The notes under the pieces were generated by a model. It ran no database searches and had not been told where the DNA came from. It worked only from the letters and a program-made list of their open reading frames with translations. Positions 41,242 through 55,512 of a DNA stretch of 64,000 nt are shown in pieces. Source of the DNA: the human T2T-CHM13v2.0 reference genome, Homo sapiens. The translations under genes were made by a program, and so were the position numbers. The DNA is taken from NCBI RefSeq assembly GCF_009914755.1, contig NC_060936.1; one strand, 5' to 3'. Within the stretch, counting starts at the first letter, position 1, and each line of letters starts with the position of its first letter.

Positions 41242-41869
41242 TTTGGGGGCGGGGGATAGAAGAGAAAGAGAACATAAAGTCACAACCTACTCAACCTTTA
41301 ATCCTTTTTTTAAGGTAGGAAAAGCTGAAAAATTTCAGCCAAATGAAAAGCATAAAGTGGTTGAGAAAGGCTTTATGACTAAGAGAGGATTGCAATGGAA
41401 AATACGTAAAAAGAGAAGTTAAACCAGCTGGCTTATTTAATTTTGACTCCCCACTCCCCCTTTCACTTTTTTTTTTACCTTCAGCCTAAACTAGGGAAAA
41501 ATGTACTGTGTAAATATTCAGTGTTTTTCTTAGTTTTTATCCCTAACAAAATTTTTTACAGGACTTAGTTTAGTGAATCTCCAGAGACTGGGTGTGAACG
41601 TGACTTTTCACCCCTGGGTCACGGGTCACTTCCTGCTTCTTCTTGTAAGTAAAAGCTCTTACTATTCCATGGGTCTGGCTGTACCCAGAAGTGGGGGTAG
41701 GGGTGAGGGATGGGAGGGTGGAGTGGGGGATGGGGGAAAACTCAATGCCTATTCATTTCTCACATTATTTTATTGTCAGGAACATTTCTCCTCCCATACT
41801 AAAGAGCTAAATGTCAAACTTCTATTCCAAAGTACATGAATAAATTAATACATTCCTAGTGTATGAATT

Positions 41870-42200
41870 TATTCATGCATTCAATAAACATCATCGAAGC
41901 ACTGTCAATGTACTAGGCATTGTGTTAAGCACTGGGAAAACAAAGATAACTAAAATATATTCCCTGTCTTCTACATCTTCAAACAAACAGGAGAGACAGA
42001 TTCTAGAACAGTAATTACAGCAATTACAGTAAGTACTGTGAAAAAAAAAGAGCAAAAAACATGTAACTCTGCCCAGGAAGGGCAACGAAGACTTCCAGGA
42101 GGTGGTGGTATTGGAATTGATTTTTGTGAGCTAAGTAGGAACAACCAGAAGGCCAGGAAGAGGAATGGCATTTCAGACAGAGGGAGTGGCCATGGAAAAA
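41870..42200 (-). mobile_element. L2 3' end
   Basis: attcatgcattcaataaacat...ctaggcattgtgttaagcactggg. Confidence 0.65.
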
Positions 42201-43502
42201 CCTTGTTTTCACTTTGGGTAACGAGCAGTCTTTAATGTTTTACTCTGACTAGGGTTCTGGGAACTTAGGACAAAAAAAAAAAAAGGTGGGATAGGATAGA
42301 ATTGGCCCATGAAGTTTAGAGTTGAAACCAAGGATCCCCAAAAGGCAACATCCAGAGATAAAAATACACTTAATCCCTAGTGGAAAATAACACCTACACA
42401 TCATCCTAAGGGCACCAAGTAAAAAGAAAAAAAAAAATGCAGCAACTGGAGGCAGCACAAGTTTGGAGCTGTGAGGAGGGAAGTCTGGAGCTGTTAGGAA
42501 GAAGCCCTGGCACAGAGCTATAAGGGACTTTTAGAGGTACCGTAAGGCCCATCTGGGGTGGGGCACTGCAGTGTTAAAGACGCAGAACCTGTTCAGGCAA
42601 GAGTGGAAGCAAGAGGACGCATACCACAGTCTGGAATTGACAGTCATCCTGACAGATGCCCTGACAATTGAAAAAGATGGTAGAAAAGGGGGAGTCAGGG
42701 GCTACATCCTCAGGAGCCTTGAACATCATCTTCCCAGCAGGGATTTCCCAAGGGTAACATGGGTACCACTGGTAAGAACCAATGTGTCATTACATGGTAC
42801 ACAAACAATGTTTTAAAGACTTGTAGTAGATATGTACTGATTTTCTAGTTTTATACAAACTAGAAAAAATGTGTAACTAACACGAAATCTGCAATTACAC
42901 AGATAGGAAGATTGCTTAAGAAGAAGCTAATATAAAAGCACCATGGTGAGTTGATCTTTTTTAAAAAAAATAAGAATATACCAAAAGAGGTGCTACACAA
43001 ATATAGCAAAAATTGAGAAGGTAGTCTATAAATGACCGAAATTTGAAAATAGTGGCAGTAGGCAGTGGAGAATCTCTGAAAAGTGTAAGCATTGGACTCT
43101 ATTTTGTAATGTTGCTCTTTTGGGGAAGGGGAGACTAAAGATACCGATTAAGGGAGGTTGTATTTATTGTCCAGAACCACAACGGACTCTGCATAGTTTT
43201 CAGGTTCATATTTCAAGATAAACTCTAATTTCAATCCTGAAGTACTTGGACAAGTCTTTAAGAACCTCTTTTTACTAATTTGAAATGTCCATAGCTTTAT
43301 TTTCATCTTAAGTAACTTAGTGTGTATATTTACATGAATAATTTTATTAGAAACGTGCAGTGCTCAAAATGATTTTTATGGTGTAGGATAGTAGGGGAAA
43401 AAGCTATTGAATGTTGGATAGATCTGTGTCTTTGTAACAATTTGGTCAATCTGATTTACATAGACCCTAGTGTCTCATTTTGTGCTTAGGTCTGGTACAT
43501 TT

Positions 43503-44058
43503 TCTATTAACCATGTTTTTTTATTTTCTGTAGTTCATGATGCTTTGACATCTTGGGGCATCTTGCAGACCAGGGATGGACTGCCCCTCCCAGGTTTGGC
43601 TAATTCCTGGAGATACTAAACAACTCGGCTTAGAACACATCTTTTATATGCAAGACAACAAATCCAGGCTCCATACCCTCATCTCATCCTTTTATCAGGC
43701 TCCTCCAGCACAGAACATTATCCTCCTGCTCTAAGTCACCCAGAGCCAGGTACTGGACAATTAGAGACCACTCTTGTAGCTCAGAGCCTGTCCAAAGGGT
43801 CCAAACTCTTCAATCCGAAACCTCAGCTCAGCTGCTTACCCTGCCTCGCCAATTCCTTCCCATAAAACCCTAAATAAAGGCTGTTGCCCCAGCTTTCCCC
43901 TCAATCTTTCTGCCCTCAAAGCAATCCTGGTGCTTCCCCATATGCTCCATTCTCTTGGCAACTATAAATAACAAATTCTTCTTTCAAGGAAGTTGTCTAT
44001 GTGTCTATCACCTTACCATACCTAGTTTAAACAAAAATCCTAGGTATAGTTTAAAACA
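43503..44058 (+). mobile_element. MER74A-like ERVL solo LTR
   Basis: tattaaccatgttttt...gatgctttgacatc...gactgcccctcccagg...aattcctggagata...aataaaggct matches the remembered MER74 consensus. Confidence 0.75.
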
Positions 44059-44064
44059 TATTAA

Positions 44065-44386
<322 letters not shown>

Positions 44387-44724
44387 CTAAGGAAACTCAA
44401 TTTGTAAAAATTTGTTAGATAAATGAATGAATGAATATCTTCACTCACTTAAAACATGTCTCTCTATGACCTTATTAAAAGTGTTCTTATGTGATTAAAA
44501 GCTGTTTACATTAGCTATCTATGGTCATCATTCTCTCATGCAATCAAGCTCAGAATTTGTGAGAAATTTGGGCTCAGAGTAAATTACACATCGCAAAAAC
44601 AATACAAAGAAACTATGGCCTGCAAGGCAGTGTTGTTCCTTGGTTTCAGGAAGACATCCAAAGAGGAATTTTCCCTGGCCAATACACCCATTTTGCTGTC
44701 TTCCTGTGTGAGGTATTATTTTTA

Positions 44725-45155
44725 TATGCCAGGGTGGTTAACTGCTCTAACAAATAACCATAAATTTCAATTGCATAAGAGAATAAAATTTATTTCTTAA
44801 TCACTAAAATCCAGTGCAGGTGTTCATAGTTGGACAGCTCTCCTGGCTGTCTGCATGACTCACGAATCAGTAATTCTTTCATCTTGTGATGCTGCCATTT
44901 TTACAACGTGGTCTCCAAGGTCACTAGAGAAGGTGGCAAATTATGGAAAAAGTCATATCAGACACATACCCAACTTTACACCAAGAGCCAATCAAAATAT
45001 CTGCATACATTCTATTGGTCAGAAGTGGTCACATGACCTTCCATAGATGCACAAGGACAAGGAAATACAGTCTGTGGCTGGGCTGCACTTACCAGCAACC
45101 ACCCTTCCAGAGGAAACAGGAGCCCAAACCTTTGGAAGTCAGCTATCCTTTTCCA
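44725..45155 (-). mobile_element. Old LTR (LTR33/MLT1K-like)
   Basis: ctaacaaataacc...aaatttatttctt...attctattggtcagaagtggtcacatgacc. Confidence 0.5.
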
Positions 45156-45599
45156 CCAGTTCAAGATGTATTACCCAGAACTGCATTCTGGTAATGGAGC
45201 AACTACAATTGGTCAAGTGATTATGTAAATCAGTGGTTCTTAACTTTTAAAGGATCATGAATCCAATAAAACTGTACAGATCTCCTTCCTAGAAAAATAC
45301 ATAAACATAAGCACTCACAATCTTCATGGAATTTCAAAGGCTTCGTGGATTCTCTGAAGCCCATCTGTTACGATCATTAGAGAGTCATAGACCTATACTT
45401 TTGGTGTAGGTGAAATTATTTATTTCAGAAATTTGTTTTGAACAGTCTTATAAATCATAAACCATGGGCCAATTTAAATCTGATTTCTTAAAATCTGCTG
45501 CTAGATTGGGGTCTAATTTTTTTTTAATTAATTGCTAGAATGAATGAGATCCAGAATATTAGTTGTGTGCCATCCAACTTTCAGATGCCAATTTTGCAC

Positions 45600-46257
45600 T
45601 GAGCAGAAATCCTTATTGCTACTACTGCAAAAGACTTTTGTTGGTATCCTGCCATCCATTTGCTGCTCTCCAATCCTTTCACATGACAACCAGAGTGACA
45701 TCTAAAAATTCAAATTTTTTCATGTCATTCTCTTCTAAAAATCTTTCAGAACATGAAGACCCAAACCCTTGACATGGCATACAAGGCCTTGAGTACACTA
45801 ACCCAACCTGCTTCTCACACTGTGTGCGCCTTTGCTTTTTATGCTCGTACCCAATTGGCCTTTCTTTCCCTTCCTCCCACCTCAGGGTCTCTGAACATGC
45901 CTTGTACCTCCTTTGAATTGTCTTCCCTTTATTCTCTTATATAGTTAGCTGCCACTCTTCCTTGAGATCTCAGCTCAACTGTCATTTTCCCAGAGAAGTC
46001 TTTACAGAGACGCAGAAGAAGTCAGATCTCCTACATGGTCTTAGAGCACTGTAAATTTTTCTCTCCTGGTGTTGATCATGGTTTATACCAATATGCTTGT
46101 GTGATTATTTAATTTGCATGGGTCACTGTCACTAAAAGGTAAGCTCCATGAGGGCAGAAACTTTCAGCACCTAATGACACAGCTCAGCACCTGGCTTAGT
46201 GCATGGAGCATAATGGCACTCAATATTTTGTTGAGTGAATGAATGAATGAATGAATG
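45600..46257 (+). mobile_element. L2 LINE 3' portion ending in (GAAT)n
   Basis: aagctccatgagggcag...cactcaatattttgttgagtgaatgaatgaatgaatgaat. Confidence 0.75.
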
Positions 46258-46899
46258 TTGCACATGCTTTCCACTATATCTTGGAGAGAGGGAAGATAAG
46301 TGATAAAGGGTCTTGAAACCAAATTATCTTCTCATTCTGAGAAGTGAATAGAATAACCAAGTCAGTGTTTGGCATAATTTTAAAGAACTTCACAGTTAGG
46401 CAATGACTTTTACTCTACTCCATTGTAACCTCTGCTCTTAGATATCTTCCAAATCAATTAAAGAAAAAAAAGACAGCAAAATCTGTGTTCATCATTTCAT
46501 ATCAGCACCAGATGAACAGCTCATTGATGGAGTAAGGGCAGTCGAGGGGGAGTGTCATAAAAAGACAATTCTTTTTATGGTAAGCAATATGCTATTTATT
46601 AGCAAGTAGTATACTATTGGGTCAATACAGGGAGGCTTCCTGGAAGAGATAGTCTTTGAGTTATATATAATCTGAAGGTCTCTTCATGACACCTCTTTTT
46701 TGAACTATATTTGATACCCTGAGTGCCAACAAAATATTTTCCCACAAATCTTGCTCCTCAGATTTTCTGGTTTGTTGTCACAAAGATAAAGCTATAAATT
46801 ATGAGAAAGACTGGCAAGACTTGGGTTGAGCTGGCATTGTAGTCCTCCAGCAGAGAACAAGATATTAAACAATTGTGTTTCATATTTCCTCTAATAGAT

Positions 46900-47257
46900 T
46901 GTATTATTTTTCAAAATATCCACTGTCTCTCCATTTAGGAGAATTTTACCCTCTTGTCAGTCTTGGCCATGTGATTTCATCTGGCAAATGACATGGGAGT
47001 GGAAGTGACATGCCCAGAAGATTTGAGAGCTGTGGTGAGATCCCATCATTTCCCTTCTGACACAAGGCACACCACATCCCCAGATGGAGGTATTCTGTCA
47101 ATCTGGATCCCAAAGTGAAAAGGATGAAGGACAAAGTCACAACTGATGGAGAGCCATCATGGAAGATGAGGAAAATATTAGCTTTACTCTTACAAAGCAC
47201 TGAGATTTGAGGGTCACTTGTTCTTGCAGCATAGCCCAGCAAAGAATGACCGATACA
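46900..47257 (+). mobile_element. MLT1H/I-type LTR
   Basis: ggccatgtgattt...ggaagtgacatg...aagcactgagatttg...ttgttcttgcagcatagcc...gataca. Confidence 0.6.
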
Positions 47258-50200
47258 CTTTTCTTCACAAAACCTCTGTCTAATTGAACTCAAACTCTGA
47301 ACCATACGCTGAATGAAAGAATGGTCCGTTCCTATTTCGATAGGTCAACCCTCATTTTTATAAGTGCACAGCTTCAGGAAGGCACACATGCAGTCATGAA
47401 GGGAGAAAGTGGAGTTCTCAACTATTGAAGCCAGTGAGCTAACTTCTGCATTCACCGACATGAAACATGCTGAAGTCTGTTTGCCTTGCAGTTCTCTGCT
47501 GGATGTGCCAAGAGGGCTCTATTTTAGAGAAGGAAAACTAACAATAGATTCCCGCCAACTAAAAGGGGATTTCTTTTCCTGGGAAGGAAAAAATAAATGG
47601 AAAAAAAGATCTTTATCTGGTGATTTGTACTGAAATGAGAATAGTCAGAGCTCATCATCATATCATTTTTAATAGTAACGTCTCATAGAGAAACATAAAA
47701 GAAACTTATTAAAGACAAAAATAGTTTATACAAACTTTTTGCTAAGCATATAAAGTTGAATGCATAACATTCCTTCCTCCTCCAGTCTACCTTCTCCATT
47801 CTTGTTTCATTTCCTTTTTTTGTCTTTTTTCCTTATCCTTACCCAAAATATACTCTAGGCCATTTTGGAAGATGCAAGGATGATAGATATGGGTATAATA
47901 AATAAATATATCCTTTTATGTATATTTATAAATATATTTTTACATTTTCAAAGCAAAATATAAATTAAACATACACATGTTTCTAGGAGTTCATTCCATA
48001 CCTCTACAATAGTAAAAGAACGTGCTTAACTGAAAACCTCTAAAGCTTTAAAAATTCTTTGAAAGCCAGTTGAAATTTGAGGGGCTTTGACACTTAGTTT
48101 TAAGAATACCAAAGTGCATTTCCATTTCCCGCAGGGTTAGCTGGCCATGAACAACTGCAGTTCAGTTTCATAAGCTTTCCTTGATGCTTGCTAGGACCAT
48201 AAATTCCACCTTCACATACAATTTGCAGTTTAAAGGTATGAATTATCTTACTAAAGAGCCTTTTTGCTATGAGCTTTCTATTCCAAGGTGAATCCCAGTT
48301 AAATGCCCCCTCCTGCCCCAATATTCTTGAATTTGAATTGTGGTGCACATTACCAAGGATTACTCCATATTTTCAGGCAATATTGCTATCCTCCTATATG
48401 TGCTCAGTCTAAAATATTCAATGAAAAGTGTATATGCAAAGCTAGCTTTACTATTTAATCACTAAAGTTACCTTTGGGAAGCTGAGTATTGATACACAAT
48501 GCAGAAATATCAATGATCAGTCCCTGAAACACATTTAAACCAGAAGTAGGAGCAGTTAGATTTATGTACCATGATGTCTGAATTTGCAAAGGTTTTCTGG
48601 TAATCTGAAGAGTTGTATTGAGTTACTCTCAGCAACTATTTTACTTTATTTTGTAGCTTTGTAATATAGTAAAAGAGCCCTGGGTGAGGAGTTAGGAACT
48701 TAGGGATTGCTAAAAGGATTTTATATGCAATATTTTTGAAATCTAACAAAAAATATAAACAGTTAACAATGTCATGACCATGAATATAATGAACGACTCT
48801 TTGTTCTGAATTGCTCTAGTCCAGTATAAAATGTTTATAATTAGGTTGATCTTCACAGAAATTCAAAGTAAATTATGTGTACACGCAGGAGAGAGCTGAC
48901 TTTCCATAATGGCTCTGTAGTTTAAAATCATCAAAAAAGGGAGTATTGCAAAATGTACCACTCCATAAATACTACAGTTCATCAATTAAGCAATACACTA
49001 AACATGTAATGATGATAATTTTCCTGTGTATGTCAACCAGGAAACACACAAGCTGGTTGTTAAGTTGCTTCATCATAAGAATAATGATTGTGTGAGTGCT
49101 TGGCTAAGTCATTCTCTCTCCCAGCTTAAACATTAATGGGAAAATAATGGAATTATGGAGCTGGCTCTTTTCTTGAAAGCCAGATGTCAATGTCTTAGGA
49201 TATCTGTGCTATTAAAAACCTCAAATACCCAATTTGTAACTTTAGATGACCAAGTCACTGAAGGTTAGAACTAAGTGGAATTTTAGACATCTTGTAGTTC
49301 ATTACTTTCATTTTAATGATATGAACACTGAGGACCAGATAGACAGAGGAACTTGTTCAACATCACAAATCTAGCAATAACAAACATATAGAAAGGACTT
49401 TGCCCTCATCTATTGGTTCCTAGTCCAGAGCTTTCCTTTCTGCCATGTCACTTGGAAAATAAACACCATTTTCCAAAACCAAACACAGGAGTAACAAGCA
49501 TAAAATGTCAACCTTTCAATTAGGATTCAAAACTATAGAATAAACCTTTGAAGTTTCCAATCTAGTAGCAATTTAAAAAGTGAAATCCTACTAGAAATGC
49601 CTCAAGTAGGCTCTTCTTCCTCCCGTGCTATGGGGAAAAAAGACTTGCTACTCATGTAGTAAGCTTAATGTTAAGAGAACTCCATAGTTTATTTTCTACT
49701 CAGAGTAAACTTGTATTACTCTCACTCATTTGAAATATCCTTAAAGCCAAAGGATTGTACATGAGGTACAAAATAGAAAGACAGAACTTTATAGTAAAAG
49801 TTTTTCTCTAAACCAGAGTTGCTGACTTCGTTTGACTTTTCTTTTATCAATTTTAATACATTCATTTTCCTATTACAAAATCTGCATTATGCTGGAACTA
49901 TTGCTTATGTGTATATGATACACACACAAAACTGAGTCTTATAAACACCCTTGAAATAATTCAGACACACAAAAAATTGCTTTTTGGTCAAGTGACACCT
50001 CAAGGGGCCACAGACTCAGTGCTGCCACAGTTCCACACAATGTTTGTTGTTCATGTATTATTCACTTTTTGGAAACTGCCTTTTGAGCAATGAGTTTACA
50101 CAATTAAATTTGATTTAATTATAGCCACACCCTGTGTTTCACCAAAAGCCTTATCACTTTTGTCACCCATATTTTTGTTTAATCTCAACTCCTGATTATT

Positions 50201-50307
50201 TCTTCCTATTAAAGAAATAAAATGTATCTTAAAAGGGCAATGATCTGTCACCAATGAAGATCACTTGGAAATAATATTAATCAGGCTCTATAAAATATTT
50301 CAAAAAA

Positions 50308-50745
<438 letters not shown>

Positions 50746-50780
50746 CGTATTTCAAAGAAAATTTGATTAACTATGGGCAA

Positions 50781-50834
50781 GAACATTGGAAAAAGCACAT
50801 GAACATTGGAAAAAGCAAAAAGATTGGAAAAAGC
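50781..50834 (+). repeat. 20-bp tandem repeat (~2.7 copies, attggaaaaagc core)
   Basis: gaacattggaaaaagcacat / gaacattggaaaaagcaaaa / agattggaaaaagc. Confidence 0.85.
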
Positions 50835-51076
50835 CTTCCAATCTTTACTACAGGAAGAGACTACTTTCATCAGTATGGACACGTCTGGCACACTTCTTAT
50901 ACATCAGTCTTTTTGACTTGAATAATCTACAACATATAACTTATGTTTCCACAGGTGTATTTCTAAACATTTCTTATAGGGTGGTTTGACACCAAAGGTG
51001 AAAGAAGTCCTGCTACATGTCCTAGACTATTACTTCTCTTATTTCTTGAGCAAAGAGGGCAGAAATATTCAAGCTG

Positions 51077-51513
51077 TGTATTAGTCTGTTCTTGCACTGC
51101 TATAAAGAAATGCCTGAGACTGGGTAATTTATAAAGAAAAGAGGTTTAATTGGCTCATAGTTTCACAGACTTCACTACAGGAAGCTTAGGGCTTCTGCTT
51201 CTGGGGAAGTTCAGGTTCGCTCCAGGAAACATAGCAGCTTCTGCTTCTGGAAATCCTCAGGGAGCTTTTTTACTCATGGCAGAAGGCAAAGTGGGAGTAG
51301 GCATCTTACATGGCAGAAGCAGGACCGAGAGAGAGAGGCAGAGAGGTGCCACACACTTTTAAATGACTAGATCTCACGAGAACTTACTCACTATCACCAA
51401 AGGTGAAATCCACCCCCATGATCCAATCACCTCCCACCAGGCCCCACCTCCAACACTGGGGGGTTACCATTCGACATGAGATTAGGGTGGGGACACAGAT
51501 CCAAACCATATCA
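51077..51513 (-). mobile_element. MSTA-type MaLR solo LTR
   Basis: tgtattagtctgttct...gactgggtaatttataaagaaaagaggtttaattggctca...ggggacacagatccaaaccatatca. Confidence 0.9.
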
Positions 51514-51610
51514 AGCTGTAATAATTTTCATTTGCTCCATGCAACCACAATGCTAGCAAGTATCAATTTATTAATGCTGAAATATGAACATTCAAACATA
51601 TATGACTATC

Positions 51611-51618
<8 letters not shown>

Positions 51619-51696
<78 letters not shown>
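51619..51696. repeat. Compound microsatellite (TG)20(AG)19
   Basis: Read directly. Confidence 0.95.
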
Positions 51697-51699
<3 letters not shown>

Positions 51700-52129
51700 A
51701 GGGGGTGGACAGTAGTTATCTCTGCTTAATTATCCTCAATAAAAATGTTTCTTCAACCTGCTTCAAGGCAATCATCCCAGCTAACCTGCTCTGAAGCCCT
51801 TTGGGGGCATTTGAAGAGGAGAGAAGGCCCTTTGTTCCCCCTTTCAACACTGGGCTAGAGTCTCCTTACCTCTCTCAGATACTCTGACTCAGTACAGGCT
51901 GCAGACACTGTAACTCCCTTGATGAGTAAGCTGTCCTTTCCACCTGGAGCTGGGGCTGCTATCTGAACAGGAGAAGAAAAGCTGTGAGTATTACATGAAA
52001 AAGGATAGTCCCTTCTTTTCTTAGAACTACACCCCGCCCCCCCCAAAAAAAAAAGGAAAATGAAAAGGGACCCAGGGAAGGGGACCCATATGCCAAGCTG
52101 GTGACAATAGAGTGTAAGAGAGGTTATCC

Positions 52130-52340
52130 AGAGTGGCATCCTGGAGCCATTCTGGATGGGTTTGAATTTTGGCTCTGAGCTTATTTTACAAACTTAGACA
52201 AAATCCATAAATCCCCTGTGCCTCAGTTTTCTCATCTATAAAATGAGAATCATAGTGCCTATACTATAGTTCTCATGTCATAGGGTTATTAAAACAGTGC
52301 CCAGGACATGGTGAACACTCAGTCATTGCCAATGACTATC
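52130..52340 (+). mobile_element. MIR SINE
   Basis: ctgtgcctcagttttctcatctataaaatgagaat. Confidence 0.75.
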
Positions 52341-53984
52341 ATTTACTGAGAGGCTACTGTGTTTCCCAGTGCCCAGTTAATGTAGCACCCACTTCCCTGG
52401 GAATTCTCCGGTGAACTTCTACTTTCCAAACCAAAATCAACTCTCAACTAGCTATTTAATGATGGTGTTCTCTTTCTTTGGTTAACACAATCATTCTTTA
52501 ATAGTACATGTACATAATTTTCATTTTTTATAATGGTTAATTTTACATTCTTAGATATACATGCAAATTCCTTAAACATAAAGAAAATGAAAACTCAACA
52601 ATGATAAAAACAAATTTACAGCCCTCACTCATTCTCACTACACCTGCATTGTATTCGTTTTTTAGTGTCAGCCAAGATAACTCATGTCTTAAGAGAAAAG
52701 ACAGGACAGAAACCAGAAGTCATAACAACCCATTATGCCCAACTTCTAAGCCTAGTTATTGAGCTAAATATATACATGCTCTTTGGTATGGCAATAGGGA
52801 GAATTGTATACCCTCCCCAGAGTTATGACAGCAGTTATGAAATGCAGATGACTTTGCTGGAGATTGAGTGGGACCAGCGCTAGATACTTCTGGAGCAGTC
52901 ATGGAAGAAGTGGAGGGCCTACTTAAGGAGTGTGGCTTGAGTTAAGATGTTTCATTCTTCTAAAGTGAAAGGGTAGTGTTATTTTTTTGTTTGTTTGTTT
53001 GTTTCCAACCTTCTTTCTGGCTTTCTTCAAGTAGTCTCAGCTCAGGAGCCTAAGTCTAATTCCGGATACTGAAATTTGCACCACAAACCACCACAGGGAC
53101 AACAGGAATTAATGCCCAGGAACGAATGCTAAATTGCATCAATCTCCAAATTATCTACTCTACTGGAAAGCCCACTTAAAACTAGACTTTTAAAGTAAGT
53201 AACATTTTGGAAGGAACCCACAATCCCTTTTTGCATCACCAGGAAAACAGCTTGCCTGTAATCCCCTAATAAAGAAAAAGTCTCGTAGATTAATCTCCCT
53301 TAGGCAAGCACTATTACTGGTGTTTTAACTCCATAAGCAAGTCAACTGCAACAAATAAACTAAAAGAATGATAATAAGAATATTATAATTACCACACGCT
53401 TTTGCCTTATCAATGTCTTTCTTTCATGAAGTACTTTAAAACTGCTTTAATATATATAAGATCTTTACCTGCTCATCCTTACCCCTACTTCCCAGCAACT
53501 CTGATAAGAAATTACTGTCAATAACTCTGAGAAATGTCCAGTGGGATTATTTTGAAGGACATAATTGCAGCTACTGAGAAAGAGACTCAGTGTAATTGAA
53601 ACTAAATTAGGATTAAATTGTTTTGAGGAGATTGATAATTGTAACTTGGGCTTTAAAATAACTAAACTTACGCCACTAACCTCACCCAGTCCGAGGGCGG
53701 ATGCATTCCCATACATCTGCTGGAGTGTTTTGATGTATCTTGGAGTATGGCCAATCAGTGTTTTTCCTCCCACATTAGCATACACCTATATTTATCTAAG
53801 ATAGTTTATTATCTGCACATGACAACACTTACGAGTGCTGCAAAGTTCTATGGAGAAAATTAAGCAGTAGGCCATTGTTGAAAGTCCTGCTTCCTCCCTC
53901 TGAGAAGCAAATAATTTAGTATGGCTTTCTCATACATACTGCTTTAACCCTTCATTGCCTTCTTTTAAAGCAGTCCAAACTAAA

Positions 53985-54400
53985 CTGCTAGTGCTTACAA
54001 ATAGCCATATTCCCCTCTTCTTCCTAGGCAAAAGCCGGAATATATTTTTCAGCCTCCCTTATGGTTGGGTGGTACCTGTGGCTGAGATCTTACCAACAGT
54101 GTGGGCAAACGTGATGTGTACCATATCCAGTCCTCGGCCATAAAAACCTTGCACCTGTGAACCTAGTTCTCTTTCCCTAGCTGAATGGAGAGGACTGAGG
54201 ATTTAGAGTATGTGGTGAAGCCATTAGATGGAAGACCCTTGGTTCCTGAATGACTGTGTGGAACAGACTCTATCATTTCACCTTGTCATTCACCATTGAA
54301 CTATGATATGAGCAAAAAATAAATCTTTGTTGTGTTAAGACACGGAGGTTTGGGCTTTTATCTGTTATAGTCATTAGCATTATTTATTTTATCAAATATA
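53985..54400 (+). mobile_element. MLT1J-type LTR
   Basis: agatggaagacccttggttcctgaatgactgtgtggaacag...aaataaatctttgttgtgttaag. Confidence 0.65.
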
Positions 54401-54615
54401 GTAACTTTCTCACTTGCTTCTGTCTCTCCATTTCTACAGTTATCTTATATTTTCTTCCTTTCATTTTTTTCTGCAAAGAATTATTGCATGTCCAATACAT
54501 GTGCCAGAAACAGAGCAAAATGCACTGTAACTACGTTCAAAGTAGCACAAATGAACAACCATATACCTAACAATTTCAAAAGCACAATAATTTAGGTCTA
54601 CTAATTCTTTTGAAG

Positions 54616-54786
54616 AGAGATCAGCAAACTACAATCTGACCTGTTTTTGTAAATTAAGTGTTTATGGGAACATAGCCATGCAAATTCATTTACGTCTTAT
54701 ATATGGCAGCGTTCACACTACACTGGCTCACAAAGCCTAAATTATTTACTATCTGGCCCTTTACAGAAAAAGTTTGTTGACTCCTG
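54616..54786. mobile_element. MER58A
   Basis: tcagcaaact...cctgtttttgtaaa...tatttactatctggccctttacagaaaaagtttgttgactcctg. Confidence 0.85.
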
Positions 54787-55299
54787 TCTAAAAGGTCTCG
54801 GAAAGGATTCTCAAAGGAGATGATACATGAGGTAGGTTTTGGTGGAGTTCACTGTGGTAGAAAAAGAAGAAGGTGACATGCTGGAGAGGGAGAATAATAG
54901 CCAAGCAAAAATCATGTGATGTTAAAGGTTACTCAAGCAGTACTGAGAAAACACAGAGACAGTGATTCTCTCTGTCTCAGATCAGCAAGCATTACTGGGA
55001 AAGAGCAACTGGAAGAACCAGACAGAGATGTTTTGAAACAAGCAAACTTGTTGACCTCAGACCTTTAATTCTGTCTGGGTGCCAAATTTTAATGAATAAT
55101 AGTCTATTAACACTAAATAGCATCAAGTTCAACTATAGATAAATGTACAGTACAAACTCATCCACCATTTCATAGCGTAGAGCAATAAGATTTCCTGGTG
55201 AATCAGGAGATGCATCAGCAGGTGCCGCTCTGAGATGGACTTCACTCATCAATTCTCTGAAAATCCATTGAAAAACTAAAAGAGTAAGCTGTATCTTAC

Positions 55300-55401
55300 A
55301 AAAAAGAAAGAAAGAGAGAGAAAGAAAGAGAAAGGAAGGAGAAAGAAGAAAAAGAAAAGAAAGAAAGAGAAAGAAAGAAAAGAAAGAAAGAAAGAAAGAA
55401 A

Positions 55402-55458
<57 letters not shown>

Positions 55459-55466
55459 GAGAAAGA
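55300..55466. repeat. 167-nt pure purine tract with (GAAA)n core
   Basis: Only A/G on the + strand across the interval. Confidence 0.95.
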
Positions 55467-55512
55467 TAGATCTCAAGAGCAAACGTGGAAAATGTATGTG
55501 CTTATATACTCC

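Noticed and set aside
55276-55482. Phe/Leu/Ser-rich ORF, plus the YI- and CV-repeat ORFs at 8404, 28215 and 51403
   Set aside because: Microsatellite translations.
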